DNA of 64,000 nucleotides from a virus: IMG/VR virus record IMGVR_UViG_3300020048_000018, positions 114,054 to 178,053 of that record; one strand, written 5' to 3'. Below the pieces are notes generated by a model. The model had not been told where the DNA came from and did no database searches. It worked only from the letters and a program-made list of their open reading frames with translations. How positions within the stretch are numbered: position 1 is the stretch's first letter; every line of letters begins with the position of its first letter. The position numbers and the translations under genes are program-made. Shown here one piece after another: positions 1 through 9,990 of the stretch.

Positions 1-162
1 TTCGAATACGGCTTTTGTATCTTCCCACTGTTTATCTTTGCAAAATTCACTCACATACTCACAATTAATCCCTGCCATTTTAAGCTTAGAAAAAATATAG
101 GCTGACCCTGTACTTTTCCCTGCTCCCGGTTGTCCTGACAAATTCACAATTAATGTTTCCAT
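1..162 (-). CDS. P-loop NTPase/kinase, AAA_28/NadR-kinase-like (truncated by window edge; absent from ORF track)
   Basis: Manual translation METLIVNLSGQPGAGKSTGSAYIFSKLKMAGINCEYVSEFCKDKQWE; Walker A; SD GGAGG upstream. Confidence 0.65.
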   Translation of the reverse strand, partial: METLIVNLSGQPGAGKSTGSAYIFSKLKMAGINCEYVSEFCKDKQWEDTKAVFE

Positions 163-163
163 T

Positions 164-1114
164 CTACACCCTCCACATCTTTTCAATTATTTTTTCAAAC
201 TTATATATCTCAGATTTTGAGAAATTATATTTAGATACCACATTAGAATAAAAGAAGTCTAATGGTTCATTCCTATTTTCTTCACTCATTGCACAATAGT
301 CTGCACACATCTCTACAAGAGAGTAATCATCTATTGGTTCTGTCCTATCAGTAAACTTCCAATAATCAGGATGATGTTTATTCTCTATTCTATGAATAGA
401 AGTAGCTTGTTTTAAGATAACCGAAAGTTCATTTCTTGTTGCATCATCCATGTAAGGTAAAAATTGTTCTCTACCAAATTTGCATCGCATCTTTTCAGTA
501 AGCAAAGCATATTCTACGATTATTTCTCTACTAAACTTATGACTATCATGTTTTATTACGGTATTGTATAGTTCCTCAAAATCCATTTTCTCAACAAAAT
601 CTTTTCCGAAACCTGTTTCATCAAGTTTTATATCAGCAATAAACTTCTTGGTGAATTTGATAACTCGTTGAATATGATTAATTGTCCTATAGTAAAAGTA
701 TTCCCGCATATCGTCAGTTATGAGCTGTGTTAAAGGGTTTCTATTATTTCGAGGGTTTGAAAAGTTCCTGAGACTTACATAATAAGGAATGAATCTCCAA
801 TCAATATTAAGTAGGCAGTTATCATCAATGCAGGTATCTCCAAAAGCTTTTGGATAGGGCTTATATTCAAGGTAAGGACAATTCTCATTAATCTTATCAT
901 ACTTAACACCATTATTGGTTAGGAAGTTTTTCACATCTTCAATATGTTCGTCCATGAATCTTGCAGTCCAGATAATAATGTAGTATCCATCATCATGTAA
1001 TTTATTTATAGCTTCTTTTGCATAGGGCTTTAATTTCCCTGTTTCGCAGGAGAAGGGCCAACTTTCAGTTGCACAGGTATCGTCAAAGTCTATGAGTAAA
1101 ACTTGAGGTCTCAT
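164..1114 (-). CDS. HAD-family phosphatase fused to HD-like (DUF5662-like) domain
   Basis: LLIDFDDT, IIIWTAR and CIDD HAD motifs; C-half HDSHK..NKHHPDYW..EMCADYCAMS; start set at ATGA overlap with upstream stop. Confidence 0.7.
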   Translation of the reverse strand: MRPQVLLIDFDDTCATESWPFSCETGKLKPYAKEAINKLHDDGYYIIIWTARFMDEHIEDVKNFLTNNGVKYDKINENCPYLEYKPYPKAFGDTCIDDNCLLNIDWRFIPYYVSLRNFSNPRNNRNPLTQLITDDMREYFYYRTINHIQRVIKFTKKFIADIKLDETGFGKDFVEKMDFEELYNTVIKHDSHKFSREIIVEYALLTEKMRCKFGREQFLPYMDDATRNELSVILKQATSIHRIENKHHPDYWKFTDRTEPIDDYSLVEMCADYCAMSEENRNEPLDFFYSNVVSKYNFSKSEIYKFEKIIEKMWRV

Positions 1115-1482
1115 TTTGGTTTCCTTTTTGGTATAAACTTCTTTGTAGAAGTCTCTTTCAATTCCTTTATCCATTGAATCTTCTTTGACTCAAATACCCT
1201 ACTATTATACATTGTAATACAAGATTCTTCTCTTAACAAGAACAGATTAAAAGCACAAAGCATCTTGTAGTGGTTATCACCTTTTGCATGTATTTTACAC
1301 AATAAATAGTGAGCAAGGAAATGTTCTCTAGGGGTTAGTAAAACTAAGTTAGCCTTGGTGTTTTTCCCACCAAGACTTCTAGGCTTAATGTGATGTTCTT
1401 CGTAATAGACACCCTTATATTTTTCTCTTTTAAGGGTTTTAATAAACTTCACATAATCGGTATAATTTTTTTTATAATTCAT
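1111..1482 (-). CDS. HNH homing endonuclease
   Basis: EEHHIKPRSLGGKNTKANLVLLTPREHFLAH. Confidence 0.85.
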   Translation of the reverse strand: MNYKKNYTDYVKFIKTLKREKYKGVYYEEHHIKPRSLGGKNTKANLVLLTPREHFLAHYLLCKIHAKGDNHYKMLCAFNLFLLREESCITMYNSRVFESKKIQWIKELKETSTKKFIPKRKPK

Positions 1483-1500
1483 ATGTAAAGTTTAGTATTA

Positions 1501-1830
1501 CTATTCAGTTTTCACAATAATAGGAACTTCTGAGATTCCAACCTTATTGAAACGTCTAAACCATTTCATATAAATTTTCCAGTCTTCTTTAAGTTCCTCA
1601 GTAATTTCTCTTTTTGTTTCAACTTCTGGAACAACTGGCTGATCAGGTGTAGCAACCTCTGATTCTTTCAAAGCCTTTTTTTCAATGTAATACTTTTCGA
1701 GAAACTTTTTAATACCTTCCTGATCTGCGTCAGTAGCATTAGAAAAATCAATCCCCTCAATAAGTGTTCCATTTTCTGTTGTGATAAAAACTTTTCTCTT
1801 TTTACCTGTGTACATAAACTCTCTTAACAT
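1501..1830 (-). CDS. hypothetical protein
   Basis: SD GAGG; fits gene packing. Confidence 0.6.
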   Translation of the reverse strand: MLREFMYTGKKRKVFITTENGTLIEGIDFSNATDADQEGIKKFLEKYYIEKKALKESEVATPDQPVVPEVETKREITEELKEDWKIYMKWFRRFNKVGISEVPIIVKTE

Positions 1831-1851
1831 ATAAATACCTCCTATGTATTT

Positions 1852-2154
1852 TCATTTATACAAACTTTTCACTGTTACCTTTGGTTTTTTAATTTTCTTT
1901 GGTTCCACAAAATATTCTATTTTGCACTCTTTACATTTCCAAATATTTTTCTTCCTTGATAACTTAGAGGGTTTCTTTAAGTACAGAAAGCATTTAGGAC
2001 AAACCTTAAACTTAATTATAATAGCCTTGAAAATAAGTATAAGAACTGAGAAAAAAACCGAACTTAACCCTAATTCTAATAAAAACAATTCCATAACTAA
2101 CCCTCCCTGTAAGAGAGTTAGTAGAAGATTATATTGAATCGTAGGAAAAAACAA
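1852..2154 (-). CDS. small membrane protein with Zn ribbon
   Basis: Hydrophobic N-half; CPKC..CKEC. Confidence 0.5.
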   Translation of the reverse strand: MFFPTIQYNLLLTLLQGGLVMELFLLELGLSSVFFSVLILIFKAIIIKFKVCPKCFLYLKKPSKLSRKKNIWKCKECKIEYFVEPKKIKKPKVTVKSLYK

Positions 2155-3985
2155 GTTCCTTTAATACATCTTTTCTTAATTGGGAGTCCTTACCAAACCA
2201 AAGATTTAATGAACTCTCAGTATCATCATCCAATTCGAAAGTTTGAATCATTGTATCTAAACCGTCTTTTGCAATAATAAACTGCAAATCAGTTTTCTTC
2301 CAAGAACCTAAACCTTTTGAGTAGTATACCGGAGGTTTCAAATCCTTTCCATCTTTCATGGAGTAAACCCATTTGTCAGGTTTTCCATCCTTACCTTTCG
2401 TATTCATAATTGGGGTATTAAGAAATCGAATCTTACCTTCCCTTAAAAGAGTTTTTGCAAACCTGAAAAAGAAGGCTATAAGTAATCCACGAATATGAAG
2501 ACCATCCGTATCTTGGTCGGAAGCAATAAGAACATAATCAAATTCCATAGTGGTATTGTCATCTTTTGACATACTAATACCCATAATAGAACATACATTA
2601 ATAAGCTCTTCATTTGCAACTAGGTCTTTCATCTTTGCTTCATAAACACTTAAAGGTTTTCCTCTCAAGGGGAAGTACCCATAGTCCTGTCTCCCTAAAA
2701 TATCAGAAAGTGAGTTTGAAGCGGAATCCCCTTCAGTAAGTACAATGTACTTATTTTTATTAATACTTGGTAAATATTTTGGAATTATTTTTTTCTTATT
2801 TACTTTCTCTGCGGAACTAAGTTCTTTTCGTAAAGCAAACTCTTCTTTAATCTTAAAGTTTTCTTCAATAGAAAATAGAATATCTTTATTCTTCAATAAT
2901 TGGGAACCCAGTTTATCCAGATCAATCCCTGTTAAATAATCCTTAACTTCTGGTATTGAATTTGATAAAAATTCTTTTGTTTGTGAATCAAATCTCATAT
3001 TAATAAAATCATTAAAAAATGCAAATACAAAAAGTTTGTTTTTAATATCAGAAGGTTTTATTGTCTTATATTTCTTTTCCAACTTTACCTTCAAGAAGTT
3101 TACCACATAACTTGAAATGTAATCAAGATGTATTCCTCCTTTAGAAAGATAGAGTGCATTTACATAAGAAAGAAATTTAAACTCTTCGGCAGAACCTACT
3201 GCAATAGTTACCTTATCATTTGAGATAGTCTCAAAGTTTGACATGAAGTAAGATAGGAACTGTTTATCTTTACAGGAAGGAATCTTTTCTCCGTTGAAGG
3301 TAAAACTGATGCCCGGGTGTATAAAACTTAGAAATACTAATCTGCTATAAATAACATCTGAGTATATTGAAGAAAAGCCTTTAATCTTAAACCTTACAAA
3401 GTCTGGAGTAAAGGTAACAGTTGTACCCTTTTTTATAGAGGAGGTAACTTTAACTGTATGAGAAGAATTATTATCTTTAACTTTTAACTTAAGTTGATTC
3501 TCACCATCAGAGGTAGTTACCTCAAAAAGTTTTGACCATATGCATGTTAAAGATGCGCCTATTCCATTGACGCCAATTGAGTTTCTATCATCATCACTAA
3601 AATTACTTCCAGCTTTCAGCTCTGTAAACATAGCTTCTGGAATATACTTCTCAGAACCTTTAAGGATTTTAACTGGTATCCCTCTACCATTATCCTCAAT
3701 TGTTATTGAGGTTTGATCTATTGTAATTTTTATTTTATTTGAAAACTTCTTACCAGACTTTGTGTATTCATCAATAGAGTTATCTAAAACCTCATCAATC
3801 ATTTTTCTAAGTCCCGGTATATAAGAAACCTTCTTCATCTCAAACTTAGTTTCTTTTCTGTTAAAAAGATATTCTTCAATCTCATTGATATCTACAGAAC
3901 CTAAATAGGTATTAGGTCTGAGCAAAACATGTTCTACGTCAGACAATATTCTATAATCATCTTCTCTATTTTGTTCTTTTTTCAT
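2129..3985 (-). CDS. DNA topoisomerase II large subunit (T4 gp39+60 / GyrB-like)
   Basis: GHKL motifs EVLDNSIDE, EDNGRGIP, GVNGIGAS; TOPRIM LTEGDSA, PLRGK, DQDTDG, KGLGS; start moved to MKKEQ. Confidence 0.95.
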   Translation of the reverse strand: MKKEQNREDDYRILSDVEHVLLRPNTYLGSVDINEIEEYLFNRKETKFEMKKVSYIPGLRKMIDEVLDNSIDEYTKSGKKFSNKIKITIDQTSITIEDNGRGIPVKILKGSEKYIPEAMFTELKAGSNFSDDDRNSIGVNGIGASLTCIWSKLFEVTTSDGENQLKLKVKDNNSSHTVKVTSSIKKGTTVTFTPDFVRFKIKGFSSIYSDVIYSRLVFLSFIHPGISFTFNGEKIPSCKDKQFLSYFMSNFETISNDKVTIAVGSAEEFKFLSYVNALYLSKGGIHLDYISSYVVNFLKVKLEKKYKTIKPSDIKNKLFVFAFFNDFINMRFDSQTKEFLSNSIPEVKDYLTGIDLDKLGSQLLKNKDILFSIEENFKIKEEFALRKELSSAEKVNKKKIIPKYLPSINKNKYIVLTEGDSASNSLSDILGRQDYGYFPLRGKPLSVYEAKMKDLVANEELINVCSIMGISMSKDDNTTMEFDYVLIASDQDTDGLHIRGLLIAFFFRFAKTLLREGKIRFLNTPIMNTKGKDGKPDKWVYSMKDGKDLKPPVYYSKGLGSWKKTDLQFIIAKDGLDTMIQTFELDDDTESSLNLWFGKDSQLRKDVLKELVFSYDSI

Positions 3986-3992
3986 AACTAAC

Positions 3993-4418
3993 TCATCCCC
4001 AATTAGGTAATATTCCATGCTTAATTTGGAACTCAATATTATTGTCTTTCAAAGCAGTTATTATATCTTCAAGATCTACTTCACTTGCCCTATCAGGTAT
4101 ATCAAGAAACTTATCACAATCCCCTTCAATCCAAAAATGAAACTTATTCTTTTCATTGAATACAATATAGTTTGGTATATATTCATCGAGTGACGTGTAA
4201 GTATCCTCAAAATTATTTTCTTCTAGAAAATTGCTTATATCAAAATCTACGAAAACTTTCCTAGTTAGTGAACCTCTTCGTCCTCCACAAGAGGAGCAGA
4301 ACGGTGTATTTATTTTTTTCCCACAACCTTCACAAACACTTAATTCCTCTTCTGTCTCAATTTTTTTGGATACAATTTTTATGGCTGTTCCAACGTACAC
4401 ACTAAAATTACTTCCCAT
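3993..4418 (-). CDS. hypothetical protein with Zn ribbon
   Basis: CEGC..CSSC; SD AAGGA. Confidence 0.6.
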   Translation of the reverse strand: MGSNFSVYVGTAIKIVSKKIETEEELSVCEGCGKKINTPFCSSCGGRRGSLTRKVFVDFDISNFLEENNFEDTYTSLDEYIPNYIVFNEKNKFHFWIEGDCDKFLDIPDRASEVDLEDIITALKDNNIEFQIKHGILPNWG

Positions 4419-4442
4419 AGTATTTTCCTTCTTATCTTAGAT

Positions 4443-4451
4443 ATATTAACA
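4443..4451 (-). promoter_or_regulatory. TGTTAATAT extended -10-like promoter
   Basis: Directly after terminator, upstream of 4418 gene. Confidence 0.55.
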
Positions 4452-4479
4452 AAAAAATAGAAACCCTAAGGTTTCTATT
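4450..4479 (-). terminator. intrinsic terminator
   Basis: AATAGAAACC/GGTTTCTATT stem with T tract on minus strand. Confidence 0.75.
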
Positions 4480-4488
4480 CTTTTATTT

Positions 4489-4743
4489 TTAATCTAGGTC
4501 ATTACACCAGATTGGAGTTTGTTCTCCCATATAAGCATCACCAATATTAAAATCAAAGAACTCAAGAGCATCATCATAGGACATATCATCACGGGACATA
4601 AAAACATTTAATACTGCCTGTATAGAGTATATTATCCTTCTTGACCGAGTTTCTACTCCAAGAATCGCATCATCCAATCCCTCTGCAAATAAAGTTGTTT
4701 CATCTAAATCAAAGGATTCAAGAATCTTTTCTTTAGTTATCAT
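4489..4743 (-). CDS. conserved phage hypothetical protein
   Basis: GLDDAILG..YS..MSYDDALEFFDFNI..YMGEQTP pattern seen in phage proteins. Confidence 0.65.
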   Translation of the reverse strand: MITKEKILESFDLDETTLFAEGLDDAILGVETRSRRIIYSIQAVLNVFMSRDDMSYDDALEFFDFNIGDAYMGEQTPIWCNDLD

Positions 4744-5015
4744 AGCGGTTTTTCTTCATAGATAGGAATAATTTCTACTTTTCCAAACTCACCAGAGTCT
4801 TGAAACTTTTTAAGTAAATCATTAATGCACTGTAAGCAGTAGATATAATGAGTTTCATGAACTTTACCATCAGTGTGCTTTGTAGCAAAGTTTAGACACA
4901 CTGAACCGTTGGTTATATCTTCATGTTTTTGACATCTAAGTTTAAAGTTCTTAAACTCTTTTTTTCCATCCGAGATAGATTGTTCTGTTTCAATCCTAGT
5001 TACATTTTCATCCAT
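4740..5015 (-). CDS. hypothetical protein
   Basis: Start MDENV with SD AAGGA; CxxH and CxxC. Confidence 0.55.
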   Translation of the reverse strand: MDENVTRIETEQSISDGKKEFKNFKLRCQKHEDITNGSVCLNFATKHTDGKVHETHYIYCLQCINDLLKKFQDSGEFGKVEIIPIYEEKPL

Positions 5016-5016
5016 A

Positions 5017-5559
5017 TTATTTTCCTTTTTTAGTATCAAGATTTTTTCCAAAATCCTTACCGTATTTTTCCACGTAATCTGAAACTCTTTCACCCATATA
5101 ATCTTTATTCTCTTCCGTAATAATTGAACCATTAAGGGTACTTGTATCTTCCAATTTAATGTGTTTCATTTTATTACTCTTTTTATAACTGTCAGAAATT
5201 ACAGGGGAACCATCTTCTAAAAGGACATAGCCTTCCTTTATATAAGTTTCATATTGTTTTGGAGTTAAGTCAATTACCTTCTCATTTTCCCCTAATTCTG
5301 ACAGTCTAATTTTTGTGTTATTTTCTTCCACATACTTTTCCCATTTTTTATATTCAATAACAACAAGAGAAAAAATTCCCATACCAACAATATTTACAAC
5401 TGATAATATAATACCAAGTATCTTGAAATTAAATGCATATAAAATACAATTAATAGAAATAGTAAAAATGAGAATTGATACTACAATAAACTCAATCCTA
5501 CGACAAAAGAAGGTAATAAGATCCAGTTTTGTAAATTTCTTTTTTTTAAGGGTGATCAA
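5017..5559 (-). CDS. membrane protein (2 TM)
   Basis: Two hydrophobic segments. Confidence 0.55.
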   Translation of the reverse strand: MITLKKKKFTKLDLITFFCRRIEFIVVSILIFTISINCILYAFNFKILGIILSVVNIVGMGIFSLVVIEYKKWEKYVEENNTKIRLSELGENEKVIDLTPKQYETYIKEGYVLLEDGSPVISDSYKKSNKMKHIKLEDTSTLNGSIITEENKDYMGERVSDYVEKYGKDFGKNLDTKKGK

Positions 5560-5848
5560 ATTCTAACCTCGTAATAGTAAGAGTGACTACTGCGGTTTTT
5601 ACATAATCCTCATTAAGCATATTGTCATTAAGGAAAAGTTTTGCAGGGTCTAAAATCTTTTCTTTAACAAGCCTGTTTAAAAAAATAGGAAGGAAGTCCG
5701 TAGCTTCAGTAGGTGTTATAAACACTTCTTTTGAATCCAGAGGGTATACACTTTGGATTGTCTTAAACAATTTTTTCTCTGTACGAATCATCAAAACTCT
5801 TGGTTGATAAAGATTTGATGATTCAGGTTGCTTAAAAATATTTTTCAT
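5546..5848 (-). CDS. hypothetical protein
   Basis: SD AAGGAG before MKNIF. Confidence 0.55.
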   Translation of the reverse strand: MKNIFKQPESSNLYQPRVLMIRTEKKLFKTIQSVYPLDSKEVFITPTEATDFLPIFLNRLVKEKILDPAKLFLNDNMLNEDYVKTAVVTLTITRLEFDHP

Positions 5849-5864
5849 AAAAGTCTCCTTAATT

Positions 5865-7538
5865 TTAAAGCAATGCTTGCATATTAAACTCGTCCATAAC
5901 AGGGTCATTAGACTCTTGTCTAACATTTTTTGCTTCGTTGGTTACTACGCATTGAGTAGTCAATAAGGTTGATGCAATTGATACAGCATTTGAAAGAGCA
6001 GTCCTTGTTACCAAGATAGGGTCTATTACCCCTGCATCAAAAAGATTTTGAATCTTATCATCCTTGGCATTATAACCATATTCAAATTTTTTCTTTTGAA
6101 CCGATTCTACAATACCATCAATTGACTTAGATGCATTCTGAATAATTCTTTTAAGTGGTGCAAGTATTCCAATTTTAACCAGTTTATATCCTGCAAGAAT
6201 AGAAGACTTGGCTTCATCATTATAGGACTTATCAAGTTTAGGTTCTTTCATTGATTTAGATATATGTGCTAAAGCACATCCTCCACCAACTACTACACCC
6301 TCACTAACTGCCGCCCTGACTGAGTTAACAGCATCCTCATATCGATGCTTAAGTTCTATCATTTCAATTTCAGTTGTTGCACCTACAAGAATAGTAGCAA
6401 TACCACCATTGAGTTTAGCAAGTCTTTCTTTATATGAATCAATTTGTGATTGACTCATTGAATCTTTTTCTGTTTCCAATTCTGCAATAAGAATATTACA
6501 GTAAGCGTCAAGGGCATCATCATTTGTATTAGCTCCAGTTATTATTGTTCTTTGGGGCCACATACGAATTGATTCACAGGTTCCTAAATGTTTTACATCA
6601 AAGTTTTCTGGGTACAATCCGTCTTTGTATAAGGGTGATGCACTTGTAAGAATCGCAATGTCATCGGTGTAGTCCTCAATCTGAGTTATTGACCAACCGG
6701 GTGTTTTTACCATGCACAATTTTACAACACCTTTTTTTTGATTAGCAAGAAGGAATGCTTCAACTTCTTCCTCGAATTCAGGTGCAATAATAACTAGATT
6801 AATTTTCTGTTTAGAACAATAATCTACAACAGAAATAATATCCTTGTAGTCATTAATAGGTTTTAATGAAAGTAAAATTTTAGGATCTTTATATTCACAT
6901 GAGCCATCTTTGAGATTTGCAAAGGCAGAACTGATATACCCTTTGCTCAACTCAAGACCACTTGAAAACTTTACTTGAGTTTTTTCATTTAAGGAAGTTC
7001 CTATTGAAACAATTCCTAAATCTCCAATACCCTCAAAGGCTTCACGAATACTCTTTCCTACATTTGGGTCATTGTTTGCCGAAATCATTGCTACATTATA
7101 AATAGACTCGGCGTCTTTAATAACCCGTTTATTTTTTTCGAGCTTCTCAAGAATTTCTGTAAGTGCTAAGTTCATTCCGATTTTAATAAGGTGAGGGTCG
7201 TATCCACCAACACTTGAAACAAGTCTCATACCTTCTCTTGCAAATTGAGATGCAAGAACTGTAGCTGTAGTTGTACCATCCCCTGCAATATGATTTGTTT
7301 TAATGGCGGCATCTTTTACAACCTGACAACCTAAGTTCATATATTTATCTGAGAAATTAATTTCTCTTGCAACAGATACACCGTCTTTTGTAACAATAGG
7401 ATGAGTACCCTTGTCTAATAAAACATTCCTACCCTTTGGACCAAGCGTAGTTCCTACTGCTTCATCTAAAATATTAATGCCCTTCATCAAGCGTTCCCTA
7501 ACTGAATCTCCAAATAATACTTCTTTTGCTATTCCCAT
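5865..7538 (-). CDS. groEL: GroEL-like chaperonin
   Basis: TLGPKGRNV, TKDGVSVA, GDGTTTATVL, ERLAKLNGG, GVVVGGG, GVIDP. Confidence 0.97.
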   Translation of the reverse strand: MGIAKEVLFGDSVRERLMKGINILDEAVGTTLGPKGRNVLLDKGTHPIVTKDGVSVAREINFSDKYMNLGCQVVKDAAIKTNHIAGDGTTTATVLASQFAREGMRLVSSVGGYDPHLIKIGMNLALTEILEKLEKNKRVIKDAESIYNVAMISANNDPNVGKSIREAFEGIGDLGIVSIGTSLNEKTQVKFSSGLELSKGYISSAFANLKDGSCEYKDPKILLSLKPINDYKDIISVVDYCSKQKINLVIIAPEFEEEVEAFLLANQKKGVVKLCMVKTPGWSITQIEDYTDDIAILTSASPLYKDGLYPENFDVKHLGTCESIRMWPQRTIITGANTNDDALDAYCNILIAELETEKDSMSQSQIDSYKERLAKLNGGIATILVGATTEIEMIELKHRYEDAVNSVRAAVSEGVVVGGGCALAHISKSMKEPKLDKSYNDEAKSSILAGYKLVKIGILAPLKRIIQNASKSIDGIVESVQKKKFEYGYNAKDDKIQNLFDAGVIDPILVTRTALSNAVSIASTLLTTQCVVTNEAKNVRQESNDPVMDEFNMQALL

Positions 7539-7562
7539 TTTAATTTCCTCTACTATGATATT

Positions 7563-8882
7563 TTAGTTGTTGTTTGCTTTTTTCAAGAGTTTCAGGTCTT
7601 CTATCCAAAGGTCTTTTTCAGTTTTCAAAGTAAGAACTTCAAGTTCTTCTTTCGATTTTACAAGGTCTTCCTCAAGCTTTTTATATTTCTCTGTAGTAAA
7701 ACTATCAATCCTCATAGCCAAAAGAAAATCATAGGAGTCATATACCTTTTCATACTTACCTGCTACTAGAAGTTTTTCAATATCAGACTTTGATTTCTTA
7801 TACACTATGAGTTTGTCAGACATTATTTCTTTTAGAAATCTAATCTTGTTTTTTAATTCTATACTCTTCTCAGTAAGATTTTTTATAAGATATTTCTTTC
7901 TTAGATCATAATATTTGAGTCTGATTTTAATAAAGGCTTTCATTAATTCAATCTCATTCTTGAATACTACAATAGTATCCTTTTCAGAAATGCAGGAAAA
8001 GTTTTCGGTTTGCTTATCAACCAACTTCAAAGTCGATAGGATTTCTTCATCAGGAAGAGAACAAAACTCTCGGGTACATTTAATATCAAATCGGTATATT
8101 CCATGTTCTGACAAATCTTTATAAGATTTTATGAGGTCTTTTTCTACCAGATTTTCCAGTTCTTTAATATAAGCATCACGCTCATAAGAAAAAGGTAAAT
8201 CAGTTATAGTAAGCTTTGCATCACCCTTCTCGAATTTACCCACAATCTCAACTCTGTTATCACCCAAGATTATTACATTTCCATTAAAAGAATTTAAGGA
8301 GGGTGTAATATTTTTTACCTTCTTATCATTGAGAAGCTTTTCAAGAGCATCAATAACAAATTCAAGTTTTCTAGGTAAAATCTTCTGAGCATACCCAGAG
8401 CCAATTCCCGAGGAACCATTTACTAAAATAAGAGGTACTATAGGTACATAGAAAAAGGGTTCAATTGAATCACCCTCGAAAAACCGATAATTTATTATAT
8501 TCCTATCATCAGGATTAAGAATAAGGTCAAACCACTTCGATTTCTTGGTAAAAATATATCTTGAAGCGGAGGCATTATGTGCTAGTGAGTTCCCAAAATT
8601 TCCCTCAGGGTCTAATAAATTACAATTATTACAAAAGTCTTGTGCCAGACCAACAGTAGCACCTTCAAGTGATACGGCTCCATGTAAATAAGAAGTCAAC
8701 TCAGCCGCTGATGAAGCTAAATTGGCTACTTTCATATTTTGAGTAATGTTTCGCTTGTCAACAGTAAAAATTAATTTTCTTGTTGAGGGTTTTAATCCAT
8801 CTACAAAATTAGCAATACCTCGGAACGAAGAATAAAGACTAAAATCCTTAAACTGATTGAGAAAGAAATGTGATATTTTCAT
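7563..8882 (-). CDS. DNA topoisomerase II medium subunit (T4 gp52 / GyrA-like)
   Basis: DGLKPSTRK, YLHGAVSL, GNFG, ASASRYIF (catalytic RY), NGSSGIGSGY. Confidence 0.95.
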   Translation of the reverse strand: MKISHFFLNQFKDFSLYSSFRGIANFVDGLKPSTRKLIFTVDKRNITQNMKVANLASSAAELTSYLHGAVSLEGATVGLAQDFCNNCNLLDPEGNFGNSLAHNASASRYIFTKKSKWFDLILNPDDRNIINYRFFEGDSIEPFFYVPIVPLILVNGSSGIGSGYAQKILPRKLEFVIDALEKLLNDKKVKNITPSLNSFNGNVIILGDNRVEIVGKFEKGDAKLTITDLPFSYERDAYIKELENLVEKDLIKSYKDLSEHGIYRFDIKCTREFCSLPDEEILSTLKLVDKQTENFSCISEKDTIVVFKNEIELMKAFIKIRLKYYDLRKKYLIKNLTEKSIELKNKIRFLKEIMSDKLIVYKKSKSDIEKLLVAGKYEKVYDSYDFLLAMRIDSFTTEKYKKLEEDLVKSKEELEVLTLKTEKDLWIEDLKLLKKANNN

Positions 8883-8889
8883 ATAGTAT

Positions 8890-8898
8890 AGATTAACA
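8890..8898 (-). promoter_or_regulatory. TGTTAATCT extended -10-like promoter (leaderless candidate)
   Basis: 7 nt from ATG of gp52-like gene, no SD. Confidence 0.55.
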
Positions 8899-9474
8899 TA
8901 AAGGGCTTAATTTATTCTTCTGAAGGTGGTCACGACATTTCTTGCATAAAACCTTGTACACTGTATCACCCACTTCAATATCTGAGGTCTTAGTTCCTGT
9001 ATGAAAGGAATAATTACCTAATTGAGAACCACATTCCATACAAACCCCATTGAGTTTAATTATTGTCTCACAATATGGAAGGAGCTTTGCCACTTCTTCA
9101 AATACAATGTTATCTGAGGAAGCAAGAAGTCCTGCATAATAAACGTCCATCATATCTCCAAAGAGATCCGCAATTTTATATACGTCTTTAATCATGAAAC
9201 ATTCATCAATGAAGACTGAATCAATTTCATCTCTCACTAAAATATTTAGACCTTCTTCATCTCGTAAGTCCTCAAATTTATCAATTTTAATAACCTTGAT
9301 ATCGTAATTGTTGTATCCGATGTTTACTGCATCTGAATGTGAAAAATATGACCTATCATCTTTCACTGGTCTAATTAAAATAATTTTCTTTTTCGCAAAT
9401 AGATTCCTTTCTATATGCTTAAACAGCTCAGAACTCTTAAATGAAAACATGGGGCCTGTAATAAATGTAACCAT
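8893..9474 (-). CDS. tdk: thymidine kinase (TK1 type), atypical P-loop
   Basis: GPMFSFKSSEL, FIDEC, C-terminal CxxC..CxxC Zn site. Confidence 0.8.
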   Translation of the reverse strand: MVTFITGPMFSFKSSELFKHIERNLFAKKKIILIRPVKDDRSYFSHSDAVNIGYNNYDIKVIKIDKFEDLRDEEGLNILVRDEIDSVFIDECFMIKDVYKIADLFGDMMDVYYAGLLASSDNIVFEEVAKLLPYCETIIKLNGVCMECGSQLGNYSFHTGTKTSDIEVGDTVYKVLCKKCRDHLQKNKLSPLC

Positions 9475-9500
9475 AAACTCTCCTTTTCCTAATCAAAATT

Positions 9501-9509
9501 ATATTAACA
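9501..9509 (-). promoter_or_regulatory. TGTTAATAT promoter
   Basis: Upstream of TK SD AAGGAG. Confidence 0.55.
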
Positions 9510-9786
9510 TAAAATTGAAAACCTGTTAAAAACACAAGAATTTCCAAAGTGTGGAACATATGGGTAAGAAGATGATGTACCATGACTACCAAATATGTGA
9601 CGAGGTTACTTAAAGAGGCTATAAATAGGATTTTAGAGCTATAGAGCTTGTCTTACTGAATATAGAAAATAGCTTAACAAATCTGGAGGCGAAAAGTTTA
9701 AAATTTTTTTGAGTCCTGAAATTTTTATTTTTACTTTTTTTTAAAACTTTACAAACCTATTTTATTTGTCATTTTTTAGTGTCTAT

Positions 9787-9850
9787 ACTAATTAAAAATA
9801 AATGTTAATCTCTAGTAAAGGGAAACCTATTAAAGGCGAACAACTAATTA
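9787..9850 (+). promoter_or_regulatory. two ACTAATTA late-type motifs plus TGTTAATCT upstream of hsp20
   Basis: ACTAATTA 9787-9794 and 9843-9850; TGTTAATCT 9803-9811. Confidence 0.4.
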
Positions 9851-9944
9851 ATATAACCCACTACATAGTGGTAAACGACATATATGCTACGGTAAATCAA
9901 TATTTGATTGTTAGAACAAAATCTACTATTAAATATTTGAGATA

Positions 9945-9965
9945 GTTCTCTTCGTATGAAGGAAC
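9945..9965 (+). ncRNA. C(GUAU)G leader hairpin, copy 1
   Basis: GTTC-T-CTTC GTAT GAAG-GAAC. Confidence 0.5.
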
Positions 9966-9990
9966 ACATTTATTTTCTTGGAGTCTCATT

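Noticed and set aside
9900-9990. ROSE-type RNA thermometer before hsp20
   Set aside because: SD GGAG is not clearly paired in a U(U/C)GCU stem
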